The notes beneath the pieces were generated by a model. It ran no database searches. It was given only the letters and a program-made list of their open reading frames with translations, and was not told where the DNA came from. From assembly GCA_044225365.1 (NCBI GenBank), contig JBGAIQ010000046.1, positions 1-43,952 of the forward strand: a stretch of 43,952 nt of DNA, read 5' to 3'. This document shows positions 16,972 through 25,509 of the stretch, piece after piece; position 1 is the first letter of the stretch, and each line of letters opens with the position of its first letter. Source of the stretch: Planctomycetota bacterium (GTDB lineage Bacteria; Planctomycetota; B15-G4; JADJEK01). Made by a program: the position numbers and the translations under genes.

Positions 16972-18389
16972 CGTCGCCGACGAAGGTCGTCATCGTCGGC
17001 GCGGGAGTCGCGGGGCTCGCGGCCGCGTGGTTCCTGAAACGAACCAAGCCTCCGGACTTTCCTCTCGAGATCACCGTCCTCGAGCGGTCGAACCACGTCG
17101 GCGGAAAGATCTACAGCGACCGCGTCGACGGCATGCTCTACGAATGGGGGCCCCACGGCATCCTGAACGACGCCGAGGACACGCGCACCCTCGTCTCGGA
17201 ACTCGGTCTCGAGCCGCGAATCGTCTACGCGCGCGACGACATGAAGAAGCGCTACGTGCTGTGGAATGGCCGGCTCGTGCCCGTTCCGACTTCGCCGCCC
17301 GCCTTCCTCGCGTCGCCGCTCCTCTCCTTCGCGGCGAAACTGCGCGCTCTCGCCGAGCCGTTCGTGAAGAAGATCGATGCGTTCGACGAGAGCGTCGCCG
17401 ACTTCGCGAGGCGCCGCCTCGGCAAGGGCGTGATCGAGCCGCTGGTCGAACCCGCGATCGCCGGGATCTTCGCCGGCGACATCGAGCGACTCTCGCTGCG
17501 CAGCGCCTTCCCCAAGCTGCACGTCCTCGAGCAAAAGCACGGATCGATCCTGAAAGGATTCGCCCGCAGCGCCAAAGAACGCCGCGCCCGAGGGGATCTC
17601 CCGCCGACGCTCATCTCGTTCCGCGACGGGCTCACGGAGTTGCCGGCCGCGATCGAGCGCGCACTCGAGTCGCGAGTGAGGACCGGAACGAAGATCGATT
17701 CGATCGCGCGCGATGGCGAGGGCTACTCGCTGCGACTCGCCTATCCGACAGGCGCGACCGGCGCGACCGGCGGTCCGATGCGCGCCGACGTGCTGATCCT
17801 CGCGCTCTCGAGCACCGACGCCAAGGAACTGGTTCGGCCGTTCGATCAGGATCTCGCGAGCAACCTCGGGCTCATCTCGAGCGCGCCGGTGAGCGTCTGC
17901 TGTCTCGAATACGAGCGCGGGCAGGTGAAACACCCGCTCGACGGATTCGGCTTCCTCTGCGCCAAGCGTGAGAAGCGTGCGATCCTCGGCGCGATCTTCG
18001 CATCGAGCGTCTTCGACGGGCACGCGCCGCCTGGTCGCGTGCAGCTTCGAACCTTGCTCGGGGGCGCGCTGAATCCGCAGTACGCGAAGCAGGACGACGA
18101 CGCCCTCGTCGCCACGGCGAGAAAGGAACTCGGCGAGATCCTGAACATCGTGGGCGAACCGCGTGCGACTCGCGTGTTCCGCCATGCCGACGCGATTCCG
18201 CAATACGTCGTCGGTCACCCCGCTCGCCTCGCGGCGATCGATTCCCAGCTCATGCGTCATCCGCGGCTGTACGTCTGCGGCGCGAGCTACCGGGGCGTCA
18301 GCGTCAACGATTGCATCGGCAGCGGTCGCAAGATCGCGGGAAACGTACTGCGCTATCTGCTGAACGGCGAGAACACTCCCCGCATGTGA
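16968..18389 (+). CDS. hemY: HemY-type FAD-dependent proto/coproporphyrinogen oxidase
   Basis: GAGVAGLAAA dinucleotide-binding motif, EWGPHG, GIFAGD, GFGFL, IPQYVVGH and GVSVNDC. ATGA overlap with the ferrochelatase gene. Confidence 0.93.
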   Translation: MTSPTKVVIVGAGVAGLAAAWFLKRTKPPDFPLEITVLERSNHVGGKIYSDRVDGMLYEWGPHGILNDAEDTRTLVSELGLEPRIVYARDDMKKRYVLWNGRLVPVPTSPPAFLASPLLSFAAKLRALAEPFVKKIDAFDESVADFARRRLGKGVIEPLVEPAIAGIFAGDIERLSLRSAFPKLHVLEQKHGSILKGFARSAKERRARGDLPPTLISFRDGLTELPAAIERALESRVRTGTKIDSIARDGEGYSLRLAYPTGATGATGGPMRADVLILALSSTDAKELVRPFDQDLASNLGLISSAPVSVCCLEYERGQVKHPLDGFGFLCAKREKRAILGAIFASSVFDGHAPPGRVQLRTLLGGALNPQYAKQDDDALVATARKELGEILNIVGEPRATRVFRHADAIPQYVVGHPARLAAIDSQLMRHPRLYVCGASYRGVSVNDCIGSGRKIAGNVLRYLLNGENTPRM

Positions 18390-18390
18390 A

Positions 18391-18425
18391 AGAAGCGCGG
18401 AACCGGAACCCGGCTCCGCGCTTCT
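18391..18425. terminator. Hairpin between converging genes (probable terminator)
   Basis: AGAAGCGCGGA-a-CCGG-aac-CCGG-c-TCCGCGCTTCT inverted repeat directly after the hemY stop. Confidence 0.6.
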
Positions 18426-18460
18426 CCGAGCGGTCGAAGGACGACTCGCGTCGCGTGCGA

Positions 18461-19093
18461 TCAGCTCTTCTTCTTGGCGTCCGCCTTCACCTTGTCGAGG
18501 TCGATGTTCGCCTTCTTGAGAACGGCGGCGGCATCCTTCTGCGTCGCGGCCTTGCAGTTGGCGCAGCAGAAGTCGACGAGCACGCCGTCGATGACGAGGC
18601 AGAATGCCTTGTCGACCGCCTTGCCGGACATCGGGCACGTCTTGTTGTTGAGCGCGACGACGTTCGCGTCCGTCGCGAGCGTGAGGAAGTGATCCGGCGC
18701 CTTCGCCATCGCGGCGCTGCACTTCGCGCAGCAGACGCTGATCGCGTGGCCCTGGAAATTGACGGTCTTCGCATCGGCGTCGATCGCCTCGCCCATGACC
18801 GGGCAGGTCTTGTTCTTCGCCGCGACGACCTTGTCCTTCGGGTACGCCTTCTCCATCGCCGCGGCGACGTCCTTCTCCGCGCCGGCCTGGCACTTCTTGC
18901 AGCAGAAGTAGACGCGCTGCCCATCCTTCTCGAGGAAGATGCTCGGGTCGGTCTTCTCACCGGACGTCGGACACGTCGCGTTGCCGAAGAACGGCTGCTT
19001 CACTTCGGGCGCCTTCTTCGCGTCTTCGCCCGCGAACGCGGTGAGAGCGGCGGCGATGATTCCGAGGATCAGGACGATCGAGAACGACTTCAT
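18461..19093 (-). CDS. Exported protein with three YHS/TRASH-like Cys-rich metal-binding repeats
   Basis: Signal peptide MKSFSIVLILGIIAAALTAFA. Three repeats: NATCPTSG..FCCKKC, NKTCPVMG..VCCAKC and NKTCPMSG..FCCANC. Confidence 0.8.
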   Translation of the reverse strand: MKSFSIVLILGIIAAALTAFAGEDAKKAPEVKQPFFGNATCPTSGEKTDPSIFLEKDGQRVYFCCKKCQAGAEKDVAAAMEKAYPKDKVVAAKNKTCPVMGEAIDADAKTVNFQGHAISVCCAKCSAAMAKAPDHFLTLATDANVVALNNKTCPMSGKAVDKAFCLVIDGVLVDFCCANCKAATQKDAAAVLKKANIDLDKVKADAKKKS

Positions 19094-19394
19094 GACGGGT
19101 CTCCAAGTTCGAGTTCGGCGCGTTACTGAGCGCAAGCGTTCATTGGAATCGCCCGTGATACGAAATGGCAGGGCGACGCGCACATGAAAGAACTGCATGA
19201 GTCTACGGCAAGCGCGGCGCGTTTTCGCTCGCGCATCCGATGGCTACGAGCGATTTCGAAGCGATGAAAAACGCCGCGAAAGCGCAATAGGACAGAACCT
19301 TACGGCGGCACGGTGCGTCGAAGGGAAAGGTTACCACGGCCCTCCCGCGCCGTCCCATCCTTCGGCTCCAACCTCGGCTCCCAGCGTTCTTCCC

Positions 19395-21851
19395 ATGCTC
19401 GCTGAACTCCTCGCGCTGTCGATCGCTCTCGTGGTCGCTGCTCCGAAGCAGGGCGTTGCGGCTCCGCCGCAGGCGCTCGCGATTGGCTTCGTGCAGCAAG
19501 CCCCGCAAGACGGCGCCACGCGGTTCGCGACTCGCCGCGGTCCAGTCGCGTGCGTCGTCGGCGCCCACGAAGTTCGGCTCGTCGACGAGGGGACCGGGGC
19601 GAACTTCGTTCTTGCGTTCGATGACGGGAAGGACCCGGTTCCCGAACACGCGCTCCCCGGGGAGCTCTCTTACTTCCGAGGCAATGATCCCGCGCGCTTC
19701 TCCTGTGGCGTGTCGCACTACGAGAGGATTCGAATCGAGAACGTCGCTCCGCGGGTCGACGTCGTAGTGCGAGTCGATGGCGCGGGCTTCGAGTACGACG
19801 TGGAGAGCCGCGATCCGAACGCACTCACGGCCTTCGAATTCACGCTCGCGGGCGCCGACTCGATCGCGATCGCGGAGAACGGCGACCTCGTCGTGACCTC
19901 GCACGGGTTCGAGATGCGGCAATCCGCGCCGCGTACGTTCAAGATCGGTCGCGATGGTGTGCGCCGCGCGATCGCCGCGCATTTCGATCTGCGTGGGGAC
20001 TCGCGCGTCGGATTCGTGCTCGAGTCCGATCGCGATTCGACGGGAAGCTCGATGTGCGATGCGATCGTCGTCGACCCCGGTCTCTCCTTCGCCACGTATC
20101 TCGGATCGACCGCCTTCGACGAGGCGACCGCCGTCGCCGTCGATTCGACCAACGCCACCGTGTTCTGTGGCGCGACGAACGCTGCGTCGTTCCCCGTGAC
20201 GACCGGGGCCTACGACACCTCCTTCGGTGGCACGTTCGCGGACGCCTTCGTCGCCAAGATCTCGAGCACGGGTCAACTCGTCTTCGCCACCTTCTTTGGC
20301 GGCTCGGGCACCGATGGCGCGAATGCACTCGCGATCGGGTCGGACGGCAAGATCCACATCGCGGGACGGACGCAGTCGACCGATCTGCCGACATCGACGA
20401 CGGCCTTCGACAAGACCGGAAATGGCGGGATCGACGGCTTCGTCGCGGCCCTCGCCTCCGATGGGAAGAGCCTGTTCTACTCGAGCTATCTCGGCGGTGC
20501 CGGCGACGAGGAAGTGACGGGGATCGCGGTGAACGCGGCGGGCGACATCTACCTCACCGGCTACACCGGTTCCGCGGATTTCCCGATCACGCCGGGCGCG
20601 TTCGACTCCAACTTCAACGGAGGCGGCACGGGCTCGCTCGCGACCGACGCCTTCGTCGCGCGACTCTCCCCGCTCGCGACCGCGCTCGTGTTCTCCACGT
20701 ACTACGGGGGCAGCGCCATCGACGAAGGCCATGCGGTCGCGTTGCTCGGCGACGAGCCCGCGATCGTCGGCCGCACCGAATCGACCTTGCTCCCGCTCGC
20801 GGGAGCGTCGTTCGACGCAACCTACGGCGGCGGCAACGGCGACGGCTTCGTGGCTCGCTTCTCGGCGAACGGCTCCGTCCTCACCGCTGCGACGTATGTC
20901 GGCGGGTCGGATCTCGACTCACTCGATTCGATCGCTGCGAACACGACGTTCGGGATCTTCGTCGGCGGGTTCGCGCGGTCGCTCGACGTCGGCATTCCCC
21001 AAGGACTCGATCTGTTGCCCGGCGGCCAGGAAGACGGCTTGCTCGTCGTGTTCGATGCCGCGCTCCAACTGCAGTGGGGGTCGTATCTCGGCGGAAGTCT
21101 CGACGATCGCATCCAGGCGCTCGCGGTCGATCCCGTCGGCGCGGCGTTCGTCGTCGGCCGAACCGCGTCCGTGGATTTCCCGGCACTGCAGCAATCGTTC
21201 GATCCGAGCGCGAACGGTGGCACCGATGCATTCTTCAGCAAAATCCGTCCCGGCGGCGCGGGGTACAACGAGAGCGGCTACCTCGGGGGCGCGGGCTACG
21301 ACGAGGCGGAGGGCGTCGCGATCGCCGCGGGCGGCGTCGCCCGCATCGTCGGTCGCACGACGTCCTCCAACTTCCCCGTCACCGCGGGCGCTCCGCAGAC
21401 CACGCAGAAAGGCAGCTCGGATGCCTTCGTCGCAGCGATGCCGACGGCGATCTGCGCGAATGCGCCGGGCGCGAGCATCTACGGCCTCGGAAAGCCGGGT
21501 TCGACCGGAATCCCGAGCCTTGCCGCGGTCGGTTTGCCCGCGATCCCCTCGACCTCGATGATCGTCCGCATCAACGGCGCATTGCCGGGCGCCTCCGCCA
21601 TTCTGTTCGTCGGCTTCGCGCAACTCGCGTTGCCCTTCGACAAGGGTCTGCTGCTCGTGAACCCGTTCCTGTCGATCGCGCTGCCGCCGATTGGAGCGAA
21701 CGGGCGACTCGATATTCCCACGGCGTTCGGCGAAGATCCCGGACTATGTGGTGTCCACGTCGACATGCAGGTCATGTACTTCGACCCCGGAGCGGCGGGT
21801 CCGTATCACACGGCCCAGTCCAACGGGCTGGAACTCGTCTTCGGTTCCTGA
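19395..21851 (+). CDS. Secreted SBBP beta-propeller repeat protein
   Basis: N-terminal domain SYFRGNDP...FEYD...IVVDP, repeated TYLGG..D/E...G.T.S.DFP.T.GA.D...DAFVAK units, and a C-terminal domain ending SNGLELVFGS. Confidence 0.85.
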   Translation: MLAELLALSIALVVAAPKQGVAAPPQALAIGFVQQAPQDGATRFATRRGPVACVVGAHEVRLVDEGTGANFVLAFDDGKDPVPEHALPGELSYFRGNDPARFSCGVSHYERIRIENVAPRVDVVVRVDGAGFEYDVESRDPNALTAFEFTLAGADSIAIAENGDLVVTSHGFEMRQSAPRTFKIGRDGVRRAIAAHFDLRGDSRVGFVLESDRDSTGSSMCDAIVVDPGLSFATYLGSTAFDEATAVAVDSTNATVFCGATNAASFPVTTGAYDTSFGGTFADAFVAKISSTGQLVFATFFGGSGTDGANALAIGSDGKIHIAGRTQSTDLPTSTTAFDKTGNGGIDGFVAALASDGKSLFYSSYLGGAGDEEVTGIAVNAAGDIYLTGYTGSADFPITPGAFDSNFNGGGTGSLATDAFVARLSPLATALVFSTYYGGSAIDEGHAVALLGDEPAIVGRTESTLLPLAGASFDATYGGGNGDGFVARFSANGSVLTAATYVGGSDLDSLDSIAANTTFGIFVGGFARSLDVGIPQGLDLLPGGQEDGLLVVFDAALQLQWGSYLGGSLDDRIQALAVDPVGAAFVVGRTASVDFPALQQSFDPSANGGTDAFFSKIRPGGAGYNESGYLGGAGYDEAEGVAIAAGGVARIVGRTTSSNFPVTAGAPQTTQKGSSDAFVAAMPTAICANAPGASIYGLGKPGSTGIPSLAAVGLPAIPSTSMIVRINGALPGASAILFVGFAQLALPFDKGLLLVNPFLSIALPPIGANGRLDIPTAFGEDPGLCGVHVDMQVMYFDPGAAGPYHTAQSNGLELVFGS

Positions 21852-22480
21852 GCGCCGCGCTCTTGTTCGCCCTCTCTGCCTGCCTTGGCGAAGGAGCCCG
21901 CGAGGTCCAACTCGCGATCCCGAAGGACGACTTCGCTCTCGAGGACGTGCGACTCGTCGTGCTTGAGACCGGCGAGAACACCTCGCTCGATGGCGCGGCC
22001 TTCGAGCTTCGCCGGCATCTCCAGCGAGCGACCTCGAAGGCGTCGCAGGCCGACGCCGCACGCAGCGCGATGCGCGACCCGGCGTTCTACCCGGCGCCCA
22101 CGGGATACTCGTGGTTCGAGATCGACGACGCCGCGCACGTGAACGTGACGAGTTTCGTCTCCGCCGAGCCCCTCGCGCTCGCGCGCGTCGACGATGGCCT
22201 CTCCCTCGCGCTGCGCGACTTTCGCATCCTCGGTGAGGAAGAAGCGGACGGTGCCCGCGCGATGCGATTGCGTCCGCGCGAGGCTCGCAGTGGAGACTTC
22301 CGCCGCTTGCTCGAACGGGCGCGGGGCAGTCAGGTCCTGTTCACCGCCGGCCATCGCGTGCTGCTCGCGGTGAACGTGCAGGCAGCCGTCGCGGGCGACT
22401 TCTGGCTCCTCGATCTTCCGCGCCGGGGTGAGTCGAGCTTCGTCGATCGCCTGTCGCGGGCCGCGGAGACGCCGCGCTGA
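21848..22480 (+). CDS. Hypothetical putative lipoprotein (start uncertain)
   Basis: Tail of ORF 20054..22480 with lipobox LFALSAC and a protein-like composition. Candidate starts are CTG 21848, TTG 21863 and ATG 21746. Confidence 0.55.
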   Translation: MSAALLFALSACLGEGAREVQLAIPKDDFALEDVRLVVLETGENTSLDGAAFELRRHLQRATSKASQADAARSAMRDPAFYPAPTGYSWFEIDDAAHVNVTSFVSAEPLALARVDDGLSLALRDFRILGEEEADGARAMRLRPREARSGDFRRLLERARGSQVLFTAGHRVLLAVNVQAAVAGDFWLLDLPRRGESSFVDRLSRAAETPR

Positions 22481-22596
22481 TCGCTCGCCGATCCGCGATC
22501 CAAGACGCTCGATTCTGCGCCCGAGCGAGTACACTCATCAGGAATCCGCGATCCTGTTCGCGGGAGCCCGACGGCCCCCGGAACGCCCAACGAAGA

Positions 22597-25482
22597 ATGA
22601 CTCGAAGTAACTCTCGCGTGGTCGTCCTTGCGTGCCTCTTCCTCGCCCTCTTCGGCGTGGGAGCCATGCTGTTGCTCGGCTCGGGTTCGGAGCCGGAGCC
22701 GGTCGTTCGCGAGGCGAGCGCTGGCGACCCGACCGACGCATCGGCGGAAGCGGCGCCCGCGGTCAGCGACATTGCGCCCGAGTCCTCGCGCGACGCGGTG
22801 GCCGTGACGATCCTGAGGCCGCGCACGCTTGCCGAGATCGCGAAGGCGGCGCCCGACGTCGAGATCAAGATCCACGTCGAGGACGAGAGCGGGAAGGCGA
22901 TCTCCGGCGCCAAGATCACTCTGCGCCCGGACGCACAGGATCGAGCGTACGGTCTGCTCGATGGCTTCGAGAAGAACGTCAAGACGAACGGCAGCGGCGA
23001 CGCCGCGTTCGACGTCCATCCGTTCGGGACGTATCGGGCGACGATCGTGAAGGCGGGCTTCGCCCGCAACGACGTGTCGCCGCTGTTTCCGGGCGACGAG
23101 ACCACCGCGCGACTCGTCCCCGGGGTCGGCCTCGCGCTCGTCGTCCTCGATGACCTGACCGGCAAGCCCGTCGACCGTGCGGTTGCGGTGCTCGATGGGC
23201 GGGGTGTGACGCGATCGCTCGGCGCCGACGCCGCCGGTGGCGTTCAGTTCGACGAACTCGCCGAGGACCTGTATTCGCTCGACGTCTATGCGACCGGCTA
23301 CGACCGGGTCCACGTCGATGGCATCCAGGTCGAGAAGACCAGTGCCGCCCCGGAGCCACTCGAGGTCCGGCTACCCGCCGGAATCGTTCTCTACGGCACC
23401 GTCCGCTCGCAGAAGAGCGAGCCCGTCGCGAATGCGGATCTCAGCGTGCGCGTCGAGCGCACGATCGACGGCAAGGCATCGCCGGTCCTCGAGGTCGCGA
23501 CGAAGTCCGACGCGTCGGGCAACTATCGATTCGATGGCGTCCCTCGCGGGATCGGAACGCTGGTCGCCGAAGCCGATGGATTCGCGCAGGAACGGGTCCA
23601 GGTTCGCGATTCGGATGATCCCGACGAGGTTCGAATCGACGTCGGGATGCGGCCCGTCATCGCGGCTAGCGGTCGCGTCCACGACCTCACGGGGAATCCC
23701 GTCGCCGGCGCCGAAGTCCGCCTGCGTCGGCGCGACGGCGGGATGGACAGCACCGTGCTTGCCGCGACGAGCGACGCGGGCGGCCTGTTCCGTCTCGACG
23801 GCCTGCGATCCGAGCGACCGTTCGATCTCCTCGTCCACGGTCCCGACGCGAGCCTCGCTCCCGGAGTGCTGCGAGACGTCGTCATTCCTCCCGAAGGACG
23901 AACCGATCCGATCGACGTCACTCTCGAACTCGCGGCGCAGCTCTCGGGTCGCGTCCTGCTCGAGGACAAGACGCCTGCGGTCCACGCGCGGGTGATCGTC
24001 ACGGACATCTCCGATTCGACGTGGCGAGCGCTCGAGAGCGCGCCGGTCACCTTCACCGACGAACTCGGCCTGTACCGGATGAACGGCTTGCCGGCGAAGA
24101 ACGTGACCGTCCGCGCCGAACTCGCGGGAATGCGCTCCGCGGCGGCGCCGGTCGTCCTGCCGGCGGGTGCCGAGGCCACCTGCGATCTGGTGCTCGACAA
24201 GAGCGCTGTGCTGCGCGGCTACGTGTTCGATCCGTCGGGCCAGCCGGTCGAGGGTGTCCGCATCACGGCCTCGGCGCAGGCGACGACGTTCAATTCCACC
24301 GTCAGCTTTCCGACCGCGAAGAAGGGCGCGCCAGCGCAAACCAAGGGCTTGCCGTCGATCCAGGTGGGCGATCGTGCGATCGACCTGAACGAATGGCAGG
24401 CGCGCGGCGACGACTCGCGCTGGTCGATGCTCGGACGCGCGACGGGCGGACGCGATCGCATGTCGATCCTCCGCGGGTCGGCGACGACCGACGCCGCGGG
24501 GCACTTCGAGATCCGGGGTCTCGACCTCGACGAGAAGCTGCTCCTGATCGCGCGGCATCCCGACTACGAGACCTATCTCGAGTTCGACATCTCGCCCGCG
24601 GCAGGCGACTACAAGCTCGAACTGTCGCCGTTGATCCTGCTGCGCGGACGCGTCGTCGACGCACGGACGTATCGACCCGTCACCGAATTCACCGTCGACG
24701 CTCGGCCGGTTGAGGATCCACCGCCCTCCATCCGCAGCCTGAACGACGTGATGAAGCTGCGTCGTCGTCACGTCTCGGGCTTCCGCTCGGAAGACGGTTC
24801 GTTCGTGGTGCGCGGTCTCTCGCCGGGCCGTTGGGACATCACCGTCCGTGGCCCCGGATACAAGGACGCCGCAGCGCAACGCATCTCGCTCGTCCGCGGG
24901 TCGCGACCGCAGCTCCTGATGGAGCTCGTCCCGTCCGCCTGGATCCGCGGCAAGGTCGTCGCTCGGGACAACAGTCCGGTGCGGAAGGTGCCGGTCGCAT
25001 TGCGGACCGCACCCGTGCTCGGGCTCGATGGCAAACCGGTGAAGGGTCAGCGGTCGAACGTGAAGCGGACCGAGACCAATGGCCGCGGTGAATTCTCGTT
25101 CAGCGATCTTGCTCCCGACACCTATCAACTCATCCTCGGTCCCACGAGCAAGCCGATCGGGGACCCGGTACCGATCCAGGTGCGCGAGGGCGAGATGAAG
25201 GAGCACGTGTTCAACGTCGGCGCGGTCGGCGATCTGTCCGTCGAGGTCGAAGGACTCGGCGGATTCGGAGTGCCGCGCGCCAACGTCACGCTCGCCGGAA
25301 ACGCGACCAAGGTGCGCCAGCGTGCGCGCACCGACGGACTGGGCCGCGCGGCGTTCTCCAATCTGTTACCCGACGACTATCGCATCGTCGTCGAGGTGAC
25401 GGGTTACGAGAAGGGGATGGACAGCGTAAAGATCCGTGGCGACGACGATTCGTCGGAGACGATCCATCTCACGGCTCGATGA
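22597..25482 (+). CDS. Membrane-anchored carboxypeptidase-regulatory-like (transthyretin-fold) repeat protein
   Basis: N-terminal TM followed by many G.V.D..G.PV.GA.V...TD..G.F...GL repeats. Confidence 0.85.
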   Translation: MTRSNSRVVVLACLFLALFGVGAMLLLGSGSEPEPVVREASAGDPTDASAEAAPAVSDIAPESSRDAVAVTILRPRTLAEIAKAAPDVEIKIHVEDESGKAISGAKITLRPDAQDRAYGLLDGFEKNVKTNGSGDAAFDVHPFGTYRATIVKAGFARNDVSPLFPGDETTARLVPGVGLALVVLDDLTGKPVDRAVAVLDGRGVTRSLGADAAGGVQFDELAEDLYSLDVYATGYDRVHVDGIQVEKTSAAPEPLEVRLPAGIVLYGTVRSQKSEPVANADLSVRVERTIDGKASPVLEVATKSDASGNYRFDGVPRGIGTLVAEADGFAQERVQVRDSDDPDEVRIDVGMRPVIAASGRVHDLTGNPVAGAEVRLRRRDGGMDSTVLAATSDAGGLFRLDGLRSERPFDLLVHGPDASLAPGVLRDVVIPPEGRTDPIDVTLELAAQLSGRVLLEDKTPAVHARVIVTDISDSTWRALESAPVTFTDELGLYRMNGLPAKNVTVRAELAGMRSAAAPVVLPAGAEATCDLVLDKSAVLRGYVFDPSGQPVEGVRITASAQATTFNSTVSFPTAKKGAPAQTKGLPSIQVGDRAIDLNEWQARGDDSRWSMLGRATGGRDRMSILRGSATTDAAGHFEIRGLDLDEKLLLIARHPDYETYLEFDISPAAGDYKLELSPLILLRGRVVDARTYRPVTEFTVDARPVEDPPPSIRSLNDVMKLRRRHVSGFRSEDGSFVVRGLSPGRWDITVRGPGYKDAAAQRISLVRGSRPQLLMELVPSAWIRGKVVARDNSPVRKVPVALRTAPVLGLDGKPVKGQRSNVKRTETNGRGEFSFSDLAPDTYQLILGPTSKPIGDPVPIQVREGEMKEHVFNVGAVGDLSVEVEGLGGFGVPRANVTLAGNATKVRQRARTDGLGRAAFSNLLPDDYRIVVEVTGYEKGMDSVKIRGDDDSSETIHLTAR

Positions 25483-25509
25483 CAGGGCGGAATCGCGGGA
25501 GTCCATCGA

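Noticed and set aside
19094-19394. Possible regulator site (CATGA repeats) or sRNA in the 300-nt divergent intergenic region
   Set aside because: No convincing symmetry, spacing or stable structure was identifiable by eye.
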